A stretch of DNA of 64,000 nucleotides from Halarcobacter sp. (GTDB taxonomy: Bacteria; Campylobacterota; Campylobacteria; Campylobacterales; Arcobacteraceae): the NCBI GenBank assembly GCA_963676565.1, contig OY781089.1:1056001-1120000 (forward strand). Reading direction: 5' to 3'. The translations under genes were made by a program, and so were the position numbers. Below, one piece after another: positions 34,169 to 43,014 of the stretch (position 1 is its first letter; each line of letters opens with the position of its first letter). The notes under the pieces are model-generated. The model was not told the DNA's origin. It saw only the letters and a program-made list of their open reading frames with translations, and searched no databases.

Positions 34169-34849
34169 TTAAGCCTTATAAGGAATTGGGTCAGTTACAT
34201 TTGCTTCTTTAAAACCATTTAGTCTTAATCTGCACGAGTCACAAACTCCACAAGCTTCCTCTTCCTCTTTATAACATGACCATGTATGTTTTAAAGGTAC
34301 ATCTAATTCAATTGCTTTTTTAACAATATCTTTTTTCATAAGTTTTACAAGAGGTGTTTTAATCTCTACTTTTGTTGTTTCTTTTGTCCCTTCATTTATA
34401 GCACTTGTCATTTTATAAATAAATGAATCTGTACAATCTGGATAACCTGAACTATCCTCTTCCACAACACCAATAAATAGTGCTTGTGCTTCTTCTTTTT
34501 CTGCAATTGCAGTTGCTATTGATAAGAATATACCATTTCTAAATGGCACATATGTAATTGGAACTCCTGGTTCAACACCACTAGTTGGTACATCTATTGA
34601 AGCATCAGTTAAAGCACTTGCTCCAATTTGCGTGAAGAATGGGATATCAATTTCATATTTTTCTTCTATTTGTAAATCTTCACAGATATCTCTAAAGGCT
34701 TTTAGTTCCCTTTTTTCTGTTCTTTGTCCATAATTAAAATGGACTGCAATAATCTCATAACCTTCATTTTTAGCTATATAAGAGCTAAGTGTAGAATCCA
34801 TTCCTCCACTTAATATACAAATTGCTCTTTTAGTTAATTTATTACTCAT
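34169..34849 (-). CDS. queC: 7-cyano-7-deazaguanine synthase
   Basis: SGGMDS, YVPFRN, YPDC and SCY...CGVCDSC motifs. Confidence 0.97.
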   Translation of the reverse strand: MSNKLTKRAICILSGGMDSTLSSYIAKNEGYEIIAVHFNYGQRTEKRELKAFRDICEDLQIEEKYEIDIPFFTQIGASALTDASIDVPTSGVEPGVPITYVPFRNGIFLSIATAIAEKEEAQALFIGVVEEDSSGYPDCTDSFIYKMTSAINEGTKETTKVEIKTPLVKLMKKDIVKKAIELDVPLKHTWSCYKEEEEACGVCDSCRLRLNGFKEANVTDPIPYKA

Positions 34850-36065
34850 ATGTTAAAAAATCCTTACTAGTTTTTTCAAAAAAGTTCCAATTTATTGGTA
34901 GAATTTTTACTGGCGAATCTTTTTTAATATTTGAAACATTTTCATCTAAGACAATTAAACAATTACTTCTACTTAGCGTTGAAACCATTCCAGGGCTTCT
35001 TTTTTGATCACTAAAGAAATATTCACCATCAAAATATCCTGGAATAAGAGTGATTCTTCCTTTTTTATTATAAAAGTCCTCTCCCATTTTTGCATTTATA
35101 AAATTATGGTGTATTTTATTTGAACCTATTAATTTTTGAATTAAGATTTTCCCAAAAAATTCAAAAATCAGGGCACTAGCTAAGGGATTCCCTGGAAGGT
35201 TTAAAATATATGTATCTTTTATTTTTCCTAAAACTGTAGGTTTACCTGGTTTTACTTTTATTCCATCAAAAATATTTTTAAAGTCAAACTCTTTAAAAGC
35301 ATCTTTTGTAAAATCTGCATCTCCAACTGAAACACCACCTGAAGTGATTATTAAATCAGCATCTAATGAGTTTGTAACTAATTCTTTAATTGATTCAATT
35401 GAATCCCTTGCTTGTCCTGTAAAATCAACTTGGCATCCAAGTTCTTTACATCTACTCATAAAAGTAGGGGTATTTGAATTGTATATTTGATAATCTTCTG
35501 CTTTTTCATAATGAAGTTTTAATTCTTCACCGCTTGAAAAGATTACAATTTTTGGTTTTTTATAAACTTTTATATGGGAAACCCCTTGACTTGCTAGCAA
35601 GGTTACCTTTGAAAAGTTTATCTCATCTCCAATATTAATTAATATTTCATCTTCATTAATATCTTCACCAATAAATCTTATATGTTGAAACTTTTTTATT
35701 GTATTTGGTACTTTAATTTTGTCATTATCTAAGTATTGGCAATCCTCTTTTGGAATAATAGCTGTACAGTTTTCTGGAACCCTAGCCCCAGTCATAATCT
35801 TAACAGCTTGAGAATTTTTTAGTAAAGTATCATTATCATCACCTGCAAAAATTGTATCTACAATACTTAACTCTTTATCTTTATTTTCATAAATTATTCC
35901 ATATCCATCCATTGCAGAATTGTTAAATCTTGGTAAAGAGATTTTAGCAATAATCTCTTGTGCACTTATTCTTCCATGTGCATCTTCTATTGGAATAATT
36001 TCAAATTTTGGAGTTGTATTTATATTTGTGATTTTATTTAATGCTTCGTTTACATCTATAGCCAT
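34842..36065 (-). CDS. moeA: Molybdopterin molybdotransferase
   Basis: SAMDGY, IMTGA, SGGVSVG, KPGKP and LPGNP motifs. Confidence 0.96.
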   Translation of the reverse strand: MAIDVNEALNKITNINTTPKFEIIPIEDAHGRISAQEIIAKISLPRFNNSAMDGYGIIYENKDKELSIVDTIFAGDDNDTLLKNSQAVKIMTGARVPENCTAIIPKEDCQYLDNDKIKVPNTIKKFQHIRFIGEDINEDEILINIGDEINFSKVTLLASQGVSHIKVYKKPKIVIFSSGEELKLHYEKAEDYQIYNSNTPTFMSRCKELGCQVDFTGQARDSIESIKELVTNSLDADLIITSGGVSVGDADFTKDAFKEFDFKNIFDGIKVKPGKPTVLGKIKDTYILNLPGNPLASALIFEFFGKILIQKLIGSNKIHHNFINAKMGEDFYNKKGRITLIPGYFDGEYFFSDQKRSPGMVSTLSRSNCLIVLDENVSNIKKDSPVKILPINWNFFEKTSKDFLTYE

Positions 36066-36131
36066 ATGCCTATCCTTTTTTTATGACAACTAGGATATAA
36101 TAGCGAAATTTTTTAAAAGTGAGATTAACGT

Positions 36132-36536
36132 ATGGAATTGATGAGCGGGGCAATACAAACACATGTGATTGCTATTTATATATTTTTAATAATTATGATT
36201 TTAAATTTTTATTCAGTTATTAGTGCAAAAGATTTTATTAAATTAGCAAAAAGATTAAAATTTATGACTCCTTTATACCATTTTTCAAATGCAGTAATTA
36301 TGTATACAGGTGCAATTATTGCTTTTTATGCAACTACATTCTCTTTTACAATAGGATTAATGATTCCTGCATCTATTTTTCTACTTGTGATTGAGATTAA
36401 AAGATATAAAAAGATGAGAGTTATAAAAAGTGATGATACTAAACTTCAAGAAGAGTTTATTGTTTATGCAAAAAAAATATATACTATTGAAATTTTGGTT
36501 TTAATCGCAGTTTATATTATAAGTAAAGTTTTTTAA
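36132..36536 (+). CDS. Hypothetical integral membrane protein (~4 TM)
   Basis: Hydrophobic segments; own gatataat -10 near 36094; abuts rsmE. Confidence 0.8.
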   Translation: MELMSGAIQTHVIAIYIFLIIMILNFYSVISAKDFIKLAKRLKFMTPLYHFSNAVIMYTGAIIAFYATTFSFTIGLMIPASIFLLVIEIKRYKKMRVIKSDDTKLQEEFIVYAKKIYTIEILVLIAVYIISKVF

Positions 36537-36537
36537 T

Positions 36538-37209
36538 ATGCAATTTTCATATCATGAAAATAGTGGCCAAGAAATTTTAGAGATTGAAAATGACTTATAT
36601 AAATATTTAATAAAAGCAAGACGTCATAAAGAAAATGACAAGATTGCTTTTAGAAATTTAAAAGATACAAAAATTTATTTTTATACTTTAGTGGAGATAA
36701 ATAGACGAAATGCTATAGCAAAACTAGTTTCAAGTGAAGAAAAAGTTGTTGAAAATAAACATAAACTACATTTAGTATGGTGTGTAGTTGATCCAAAGAC
36801 TGTAGAAAAATCAATTGCTTCATTAAATGAAATTGGATTAGACAAAATCACTTTTGTATATTGTGAATACTCACAAAAAAATTTTAAATTGAATTTAGAA
36901 AAATTAGAAAAAATATTAATTAATTCTTCTTCTCAATGTGGAAGAAGTTCAATAATTGAGTTAGAGGTTTGTGATAGTATTCAAAAATTTATTGAAACAA
37001 ATGATAATTGTTATCTCTTGGATTTTTCAACTACTTCTGTAGAATCAAAAAAAGATGATATTAAAACAATTATTCTTGGGTGTGAAGGTGGCTTCTCTTC
37101 TGATGAAAGAAAACTTTTTGATGATGATAAAATTGTTGGATTTGATTCTAGTTTAATATTAAGAAGTGAAACTGCAGCTATTTCTTTAGCTTCAAAGATT
37201 TTGATTTAA
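36538..37209 (+). CDS. rsmE: 16S rRNA m3U1498 methyltransferase
   Basis: QCGR, GCEGGFS and ILRSETA motifs. Confidence 0.95.
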   Translation: MQFSYHENSGQEILEIENDLYKYLIKARRHKENDKIAFRNLKDTKIYFYTLVEINRRNAIAKLVSSEEKVVENKHKLHLVWCVVDPKTVEKSIASLNEIGLDKITFVYCEYSQKNFKLNLEKLEKILINSSSQCGRSSIIELEVCDSIQKFIETNDNCYLLDFSTTSVESKKDDIKTIILGCEGGFSSDERKLFDDDKIVGFDSSLILRSETAAISLASKILI

Positions 37210-37232
37210 GAAGAGAATAATCTCTTCTTAAA
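37205..37232. terminator. Hairpin between convergent rsmE and the cytochrome gene
   Basis: tttaagaagaga-ataa-tctcttcttaaa. Confidence 0.65.
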
Positions 37233-37628
37233 TTACCAAGACCTTACAATCGAGTGACATCTAGCACAGGCATTTAAAATATCAGAATATGCATTTGCAG
37301 CATTGATATAAGCTTTACCTTCTAAGTTTAGTTCTAGAACACTTACATCTAAATCAATTCTTTTAGCTGCATTTTCAGCAACATTTACCATATGTTTTTT
37401 CTCTTCAGGTAAATAAGCAGAAATTACTTTTTTATCTGAAAACATTGAGTTACCTTCTTTTACAAGTTGTGCTCCACTTTTGATTAGCTCAAGATTGTTA
37501 TTTAGAAAACCTTGTTGAATTTGAGTCATCCCCTCTGTCATTACAGACATTGACTTCTTCATCACATCCTCTGCAGATGCAACTGATAATGTAAGTACTG
37601 TTGCAGTTAATATACTTAATAGTTTCAT
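37233..37628 (-). CDS. Periplasmic class II (c'-like) cytochrome c
   Basis: Signal peptide, helical pattern and C-terminal CARCH. Confidence 0.8.
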   Translation of the reverse strand: MKLLSILTATVLTLSVASAEDVMKKSMSVMTEGMTQIQQGFLNNNLELIKSGAQLVKEGNSMFSDKKVISAYLPEEKKHMVNVAENAAKRIDLDVSVLELNLEGKAYINAANAYSDILNACARCHSIVRSW

Positions 37629-37690
37629 ACTATTTCTCCCCCTTATTAAATAGTCAATATCTATTATAGTATTAATAATATTAAAATAAT

Positions 37691-37721
37691 AAAAAAAGGG
37701 ATGACAAAGTCATCCCTTTTT
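37691..37721 (-). terminator. Intrinsic terminator of petABC
   Basis: aaaaagggatgac-aaa-gtcatcccttttt. Confidence 0.9.
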
Positions 37722-37752
37722 GCATAAAAGTAACACTAGTGAATACCTATTC

Positions 37753-38625
37753 TTAGTGAACTTCTCTCCATTTACTAGCTTTCCATAAAAATGCAAAGAT
37801 AGCAAAAATAACTAAGTAAATTAAGAATTTAGGTCCTAAAGCTTCCCTCTCAGCTTTTTTAGAATCACCAACTTCTTCCATATATGCAACAACTTGAGTT
37901 TCAGCTTCTTCTGTTAAACCAACTCTAGGCATTGCAGTACCCTCTAAGTGTTTTTGTGGGTCATTAATAAATTCATGTAAATATTCATGACCTCTTGATC
38001 TAATGTATTGAGATAAATCTGGTGGGATTTTTCCCATGTATGATTTAATATTTGCAGCAGGAGTTTTTGCTGCCATAGTACCATTCATCATATCACCATA
38101 TTTAATTCCATGACATCTTTGACAAGCATCAGTAAATACTTCTTTATTAGTCATCTCTTTTGGTGCAATAGATTGTAAATAAGCTACCATGTCAGCAATC
38201 TCTTGTGGTTGCATCCAAGCATACCCTGGCATTGGATGAACTCTTCCATCTTGGAATTTATGCTCAACTTTTGAAGCTTTTGCAGGATTTTTAATAAATG
38301 CTGCTAAATAATCAGCATTGTAAAGTTTTCCAGCAGTACTTAAATCTGGTGGAACAACTCCATATGCTGCTGCAGAGCTTGCATCATCCATTAATTGTGG
38401 GAAACCAGCTTTTTCAATAGAGTGACAAGCTGTACAGTTAGCTTGAACTAAAGTAGCTCCATTTTCTACATTCCCAGTCATTCCATTTAATCCATCAACA
38501 TCTTTAAATTTATAATCTGGAGCATCAACATGTGGGTGCATTTGAGAGTGTGCAAATGGCTCAACTCCCCAATATGTTATAAGTGTTAAAGCAGCAACAA
38601 CTGCTAAAATTTTTAATTCTCTCAT
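37753..38625 (-). CDS. petC: Cytochrome bc1 complex di-haem cytochrome c subunit
   Basis: CTACH and CQRCH, PPDLS twice, C-terminal TM helix. Confidence 0.93.
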   Translation of the reverse strand: MRELKILAVVAALTLITYWGVEPFAHSQMHPHVDAPDYKFKDVDGLNGMTGNVENGATLVQANCTACHSIEKAGFPQLMDDASSAAAYGVVPPDLSTAGKLYNADYLAAFIKNPAKASKVEHKFQDGRVHPMPGYAWMQPQEIADMVAYLQSIAPKEMTNKEVFTDACQRCHGIKYGDMMNGTMAAKTPAANIKSYMGKIPPDLSQYIRSRGHEYLHEFINDPQKHLEGTAMPRVGLTEEAETQVVAYMEEVGDSKKAEREALGPKFLIYLVIFAIFAFLWKASKWREVH

Positions 38626-39872
38626 GCGTCACCCCTTTTTTTAGCATCTAGTTTCGTAATAATTGGTAATGCTAGGAATAGTAATATAAATACCATTGCT
38701 GCAGCGAAACCTATATATGCATTTAGACCTGTTGGTGGTAATTTACCCCAAATAGTTAATACAATTAAGTCTGCCATTAATACCCAGAACCAAATAAAGA
38801 ATTTAGGTCTTTTATGTGCTGGTAAAATTTTTGAATCTCTATCTAACCATGGTAAGATTAAGAAAATAACATTTGCAAAACCAAATGCAGCAAGACCAAT
38901 ATCAAATGCTTTAATAGGACCAACATCAAAGAAGAATCCTCTTAATACTTCATATGACCATAAGAAATACCATTCTGGATAAATATGTGCTGGAGTAACC
39001 ATGTTATCAGCAGGATCGAAGTTAACAGGGTCCATTGCAAAGTTATAATGGAAGAATACTAAATAGAAATAGAAAATCAAGAAAATACCAAGTACAGCTA
39101 AATCTTTTGAGATAAATACTGGCCAGAAAGGAATAACTTTTGATTCTTTTTTATTTCCAGATAAATATTTTTCAGCTTCTTCATCAAAATCAATATCTTC
39201 AGAACTTTGGTTGTTTACGTGTGGAATTCTTAATGTATAGAAGTGTAATACAATAATACCCATAATAACTATAGGTAATAAGAATACGTGTAACATAAAG
39301 AATCTAGTTAATGTAGCATCAGCAACGTTAAAGTCACCTCTAATCCATACAACTAATGCGTCACCAATAAATGGAACACCACCAAATAGGTTTGTAATTA
39401 CCATTGCAGCCCAGTAAGACATTTGTCCCCATGGTAACATATATCCAGAGAATCCAGCAGCAGAGAATGTCATAAATAATAACATACCTGAAATCCAAAT
39501 CATTTCTCTACCTTGTTTATAAGAACCATAATAGATACCTGTAAACATGTGGATATAGATAATTAAGAATACAACAGAAGCTGCAACACCATGCATATGT
39601 CTAAATAACCAACCAAATGCAACCTCTTGCATAATTGTGTAGTTAACTGAATCAAATGCTAAATTTACATCTGGTTTGTAGTACATCATTAAGAATAATC
39701 CAGAGATTACTAAGATACCAAATGTAGTTGCTAAAAGAACACCCATTGCCCATAAGAAGTTAATATCTTTTGGGATCCAGTATTCAGTCATTAAAACTTT
39801 GTTTAAAGTTGTAGTGTTAAGTCTTTGGTCTAACCATTCCCCAACAGAGTTTGCTTTTTCAAATTTTGCCAT
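38622..39872 (-). CDS. petB: Cytochrome b
   Basis: PWGQMSYW and PEWY motifs with haem-ligand His residues. Confidence 0.97.
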   Translation of the reverse strand: MAKFEKANSVGEWLDQRLNTTTLNKVLMTEYWIPKDINFLWAMGVLLATTFGILVISGLFLMMYYKPDVNLAFDSVNYTIMQEVAFGWLFRHMHGVAASVVFLIIYIHMFTGIYYGSYKQGREMIWISGMLLFMTFSAAGFSGYMLPWGQMSYWAAMVITNLFGGVPFIGDALVVWIRGDFNVADATLTRFFMLHVFLLPIVIMGIIVLHFYTLRIPHVNNQSSEDIDFDEEAEKYLSGNKKESKVIPFWPVFISKDLAVLGIFLIFYFYLVFFHYNFAMDPVNFDPADNMVTPAHIYPEWYFLWSYEVLRGFFFDVGPIKAFDIGLAAFGFANVIFLILPWLDRDSKILPAHKRPKFFIWFWVLMADLIVLTIWGKLPPTGLNAYIGFAAAMVFILLFLALPIITKLDAKKRGDA

Positions 39873-39882
39873 CTACAACCCC

Positions 39883-40383
39883 TTATGCCATCATCGCTGC
39901 AGCGATTTTTTTATATTCAGGACCTTCTTCACCAAGTACGATAGAAGTTCCTTTAACACTAAATGGAGGTAAATCAAGTGGTCTTGGTGGTGGTCCAAAA
40001 GTTTGTTCACCACTAGCATTAAATTCTCCACCATGACATGCACATTTCCATTGAGTCTTCTTCCATGCAGGAATACATCCAAGGTGTGTACATAGACCAA
40101 TAGCTACAGTAAATTTATCATCTCCAATAACTAGATCTCTTTTGTTATCTTCCATTTCAGCTGTTTTCTTAAGAACAAAAATTGGTTTCCCTCTCCAAGT
40201 AAATGTTTCTGGTTGACCAGCTTTTAATGCACTTAATTCAATAGTTGTAAAACCACCAGCTAATACACTTGGTAACGGATCCCACACTTGCTTCATACCT
40301 ACAAGTGAAGCCGCCCCACCAACTGCCGCAACAGCTGCAAATGTATAACCTAGAAAATCTCGTCTATTAGTTTCGTTAGACAT
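39883..40383 (-). CDS. petA: Rieske iron-sulfur protein
   Basis: Tat RRDFL signal, CTHLGC and CACHG. Confidence 0.97.
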   Translation of the reverse strand: MSNETNRRDFLGYTFAAVAAVGGAASLVGMKQVWDPLPSVLAGGFTTIELSALKAGQPETFTWRGKPIFVLKKTAEMEDNKRDLVIGDDKFTVAIGLCTHLGCIPAWKKTQWKCACHGGEFNASGEQTFGPPPRPLDLPPFSVKGTSIVLGEEGPEYKKIAAAMMA

Positions 40384-40443
40384 TTAGCTTCCTTATTTTA
40401 AAATTAAATCTTTACATTATATTTAGAATTTACTTAAAAAAGT

Positions 40444-40457
40444 TTGATTTTGGTCAA
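40444..40457 (-). promoter_or_regulatory. Crp/Fnr-family-like site upstream of the petABC promoter (-10 TATAAT at 40421-40416)
   Basis: ttgat-tttg-gtcaa matches TTGAT-N4-ATCAA at 9/10 positions and is centred about 41 nt upstream of the predicted +1. Confidence 0.6.
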
Positions 40458-40530
40458 TAATGACGATTTTATGACAGATTTGTGCTTAAATTACACACTA
40501 TTATTATAAGTAAAACTTATTAAAGACTAT

Positions 40531-42006
40531 TTAGTCTTTAATAAATTTGATAATTTCTTCTTCTATTTTTTCTTTAGAAATCACAGTGTCATGATTTATT
40601 TTTGCAGTAAATAATTTTTTAATAGATTCTGGTTGAACTGCATTATATTCTTTTGAAATTATGTCTAAAGCTTCTTTATCTGGGTAAGTTTTAGTATCTT
40701 CATGTAAAGCTTGTAAAACTGTTGGTGAAAATTTAGTCCACTCAGCAGTCGAATAAATAACAGTTTTTAATGGTTTTTCTTTTAATGTCTCATAAGCTTT
40801 TAGGCATGTTGCTGTATGAGGATCCATAAGGTAGTCTTCTTTTAAAAACTCTTTAATTTTCTTTGCTCCATAAGAATCATCAGAGTTAACAGCATGGAAG
40901 TAATTTTGTAACACTTTCGTTTCTTCTTGTGTCATTTTGAAAATTTTTTTCTCATTTAAATCATCAAAAAACTCTTTTGTTCTTTTGGCTCCATATAAAG
41001 AGTAGATAACTCTTTCTATATTTGAAGATTTTAGAATATCCATTGCAGGAGATTTAGTTAATTTCAACTCTTTATCTCTAATATCATAAATCCCTGTGTT
41101 AATCCACTCTGTTAAGATATTATTTTCATTTGAAGCAACTAAAAGTTTTTCAATTGGAACTCCCATCTCTTGAGCATAAAAAGCACCTAAAACATTACCA
41201 AAGTTTCCAGAAGGAACAACTAGGTAAATTTTTTCACCAAAGCTGATTTCATCTTGTTTAAGAAGTTGTATATATGACCAGAAGTGATAGATGATTTGGA
41301 ATATAATTCTTCCAAAGTTTACTGAGTTTGCTGCAGATAGTTTTATCCCATCATTTTCTAACTCTTCTTTAAAAGTTTTTGAAGCAAGTAGATTTTTAAG
41401 TGCTGTTTGAGCATCATCAAAGTTTCCGTGGATCCCTAATACTTTTAAGTTGTCTCCATCTTCACAAACCATTTGAAGTCTTTGAACATCTGATGTCCCT
41501 CCATCTGGGTATAAACAAGCTACTTGAATATTATCTTTATTTTTAAATGTATTAAGAGCTGCTGGACCTGTATCACCAGATGTTGCAGCTAAAATTAAGT
41601 ATTTTTCATCTCTTTTTTTAGCAATCGAAGAAAGAATTGAACCAAATGGTTGTAAAGCCATATCTTTGAAAGCTCTTGTTGGACCATGGTATTGTTCATG
41701 GACAAATAAATCATCTTTTACTTTAACTACAGGACATGGATTTGAAGGATCATCAAAATTATCATAAAGTGCTAATGCTTTATTGATCTCCTCTTCTTCA
41801 ATGTCTATTTCAAAGGCTTTTAAAATATCATAAGCTAATTGTTTATAACTTTTATCTATATGATTTTGTATAAAATTTTCTTCTAATTTTGGTAACTCTT
41901 TAGGTACATATAATCCTCCAAATGAAGCACTTGGGTTTAAAATTGCCTCACTAAAAGTTACTTCTTGTGGTTTAATCCCGTCATTACCTCTTGTTTCAAT
42001 AAACAT
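40531..42006 (-). CDS. thrC: Threonine synthase
   Basis: HGPTRAFKD, ATSGDTG, NSVNFGR and PSGNFG motifs. Confidence 0.97.
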   Translation of the reverse strand: MFIETRGNDGIKPQEVTFSEAILNPSASFGGLYVPKELPKLEENFIQNHIDKSYKQLAYDILKAFEIDIEEEEINKALALYDNFDDPSNPCPVVKVKDDLFVHEQYHGPTRAFKDMALQPFGSILSSIAKKRDEKYLILAATSGDTGPAALNTFKNKDNIQVACLYPDGGTSDVQRLQMVCEDGDNLKVLGIHGNFDDAQTALKNLLASKTFKEELENDGIKLSAANSVNFGRIIFQIIYHFWSYIQLLKQDEISFGEKIYLVVPSGNFGNVLGAFYAQEMGVPIEKLLVASNENNILTEWINTGIYDIRDKELKLTKSPAMDILKSSNIERVIYSLYGAKRTKEFFDDLNEKKIFKMTQEETKVLQNYFHAVNSDDSYGAKKIKEFLKEDYLMDPHTATCLKAYETLKEKPLKTVIYSTAEWTKFSPTVLQALHEDTKTYPDKEALDIISKEYNAVQPESIKKLFTAKINHDTVISKEKIEEEIIKFIKD

Positions 42007-42911
42007 TAGTTTTCCTCACTTAATAGTTTCTCTAAATCAATACCATTATTTGGATTGTCTTTTCTTAAAAATTGAGTTCCTACTCCATCACTTGTAAATA
42101 ATTCAAGTAAAATAGAGTGTTCAACTCTTCCATCTATAATATGTGCTTTATTTACGCCATTATAAATTGCATCAATACATGAATCAACTTTTGGAATCAT
42201 ACCTCCAGCAATTGTTCCATCTTTTTTATAATTTTCTATATCCTCTTTATCTAAAGAGTTTAATAATTTGCCTTCTTTATCTAAAACTCCAACTGTATCA
42301 GTTAAAAATAGAACTTTTTGTGCCTTTACTGCTTGGGCAACTTTAGACGCAGCAACGTCAGCATTGATATTAAAACCTGGATGATTAGGTTCGGCACTAT
42401 CACCAATTGGTGCAATTACTGGAATAAATCCCTCTTCAACAAGTTTATTAATCATAGTTCCATTAACTTCTGTTATAACTCCTGTATATCCAAACTTTCC
42501 ATTCTCTTTTGGTGTTGCTTTAATTATTGCAGAATCTTTACCTGATATACCAATAGCTTTTGCACCATGGTGATTTAAAAGTGATGTTATATTTTTATTT
42601 ATTTCACCAGAAAGTACCATCTCAACTACTCTCATCGTATCTTCACTTGTAACTCTGTGACCATTTATAAATTCAGATTTAATTTCAAGTTTTTCTAATA
42701 GTTCAGAGATTCTAGCTCCGCCACCATGTACAATTATAGGCTTGATCCCCACTAAAGAGAGTAATACAATATCTTCTGCAAACTTTTCTTTTAATTCTGG
42801 ACTTGTTTGTGCCGAACCACCATATTTAATTACAATTGTTTTTCCATAAAACTTTTTTATATGTGGAATAGCATCCAGAAGGGTTTGAACTTTGTGTTGT
42901 TTTTTTTGCAT
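42006..42911 (-). CDS. argB: Acetylglutamate kinase (likely start ATG 42911)
   Basis: VIKYGG, VHGGG, NINAD and GGMIPK motifs. Confidence 0.96.
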   Translation of the reverse strand: MQKKQHKVQTLLDAIPHIKKFYGKTIVIKYGGSAQTSPELKEKFAEDIVLLSLVGIKPIIVHGGGARISELLEKLEIKSEFINGHRVTSEDTMRVVEMVLSGEINKNITSLLNHHGAKAIGISGKDSAIIKATPKENGKFGYTGVITEVNGTMINKLVEEGFIPVIAPIGDSAEPNHPGFNINADVAASKVAQAVKAQKVLFLTDTVGVLDKEGKLLNSLDKEDIENYKKDGTIAGGMIPKVDSCIDAIYNGVNKAHIIDGRVEHSILLELFTSDGVGTQFLRKDNPNNGIDLEKLLSEEN

Positions 42912-42986
42912 AGGCTTATAACCTTTTGAGTATTCAATTTTATTTAAATTTGGCATTATACTCAAAATTAGCTTATTTGCTAAATT

Positions 42987-43014
42987 TATTAGGAGTTGAT
43001 TTCAACTCCTAATA
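42987..43014. terminator. Perfect palindrome overlapping the DGC stop codon
   Basis: tattaggagttga-tt-tcaactcctaata. Confidence 0.6.

Noticed and set aside
30041..34849. queCDE as a 7-deazaguanine DNA-modification (dpd) defence island
   Set aside because: No dpdA/tgt paralog or other dpd genes nearby; the context is housekeeping (moeA, fabG).
37753..38625. PetC has two CXXCH motifs
   Set aside because: A di-haem cytochrome subunit is the known form in Campylobacterota bc complexes.
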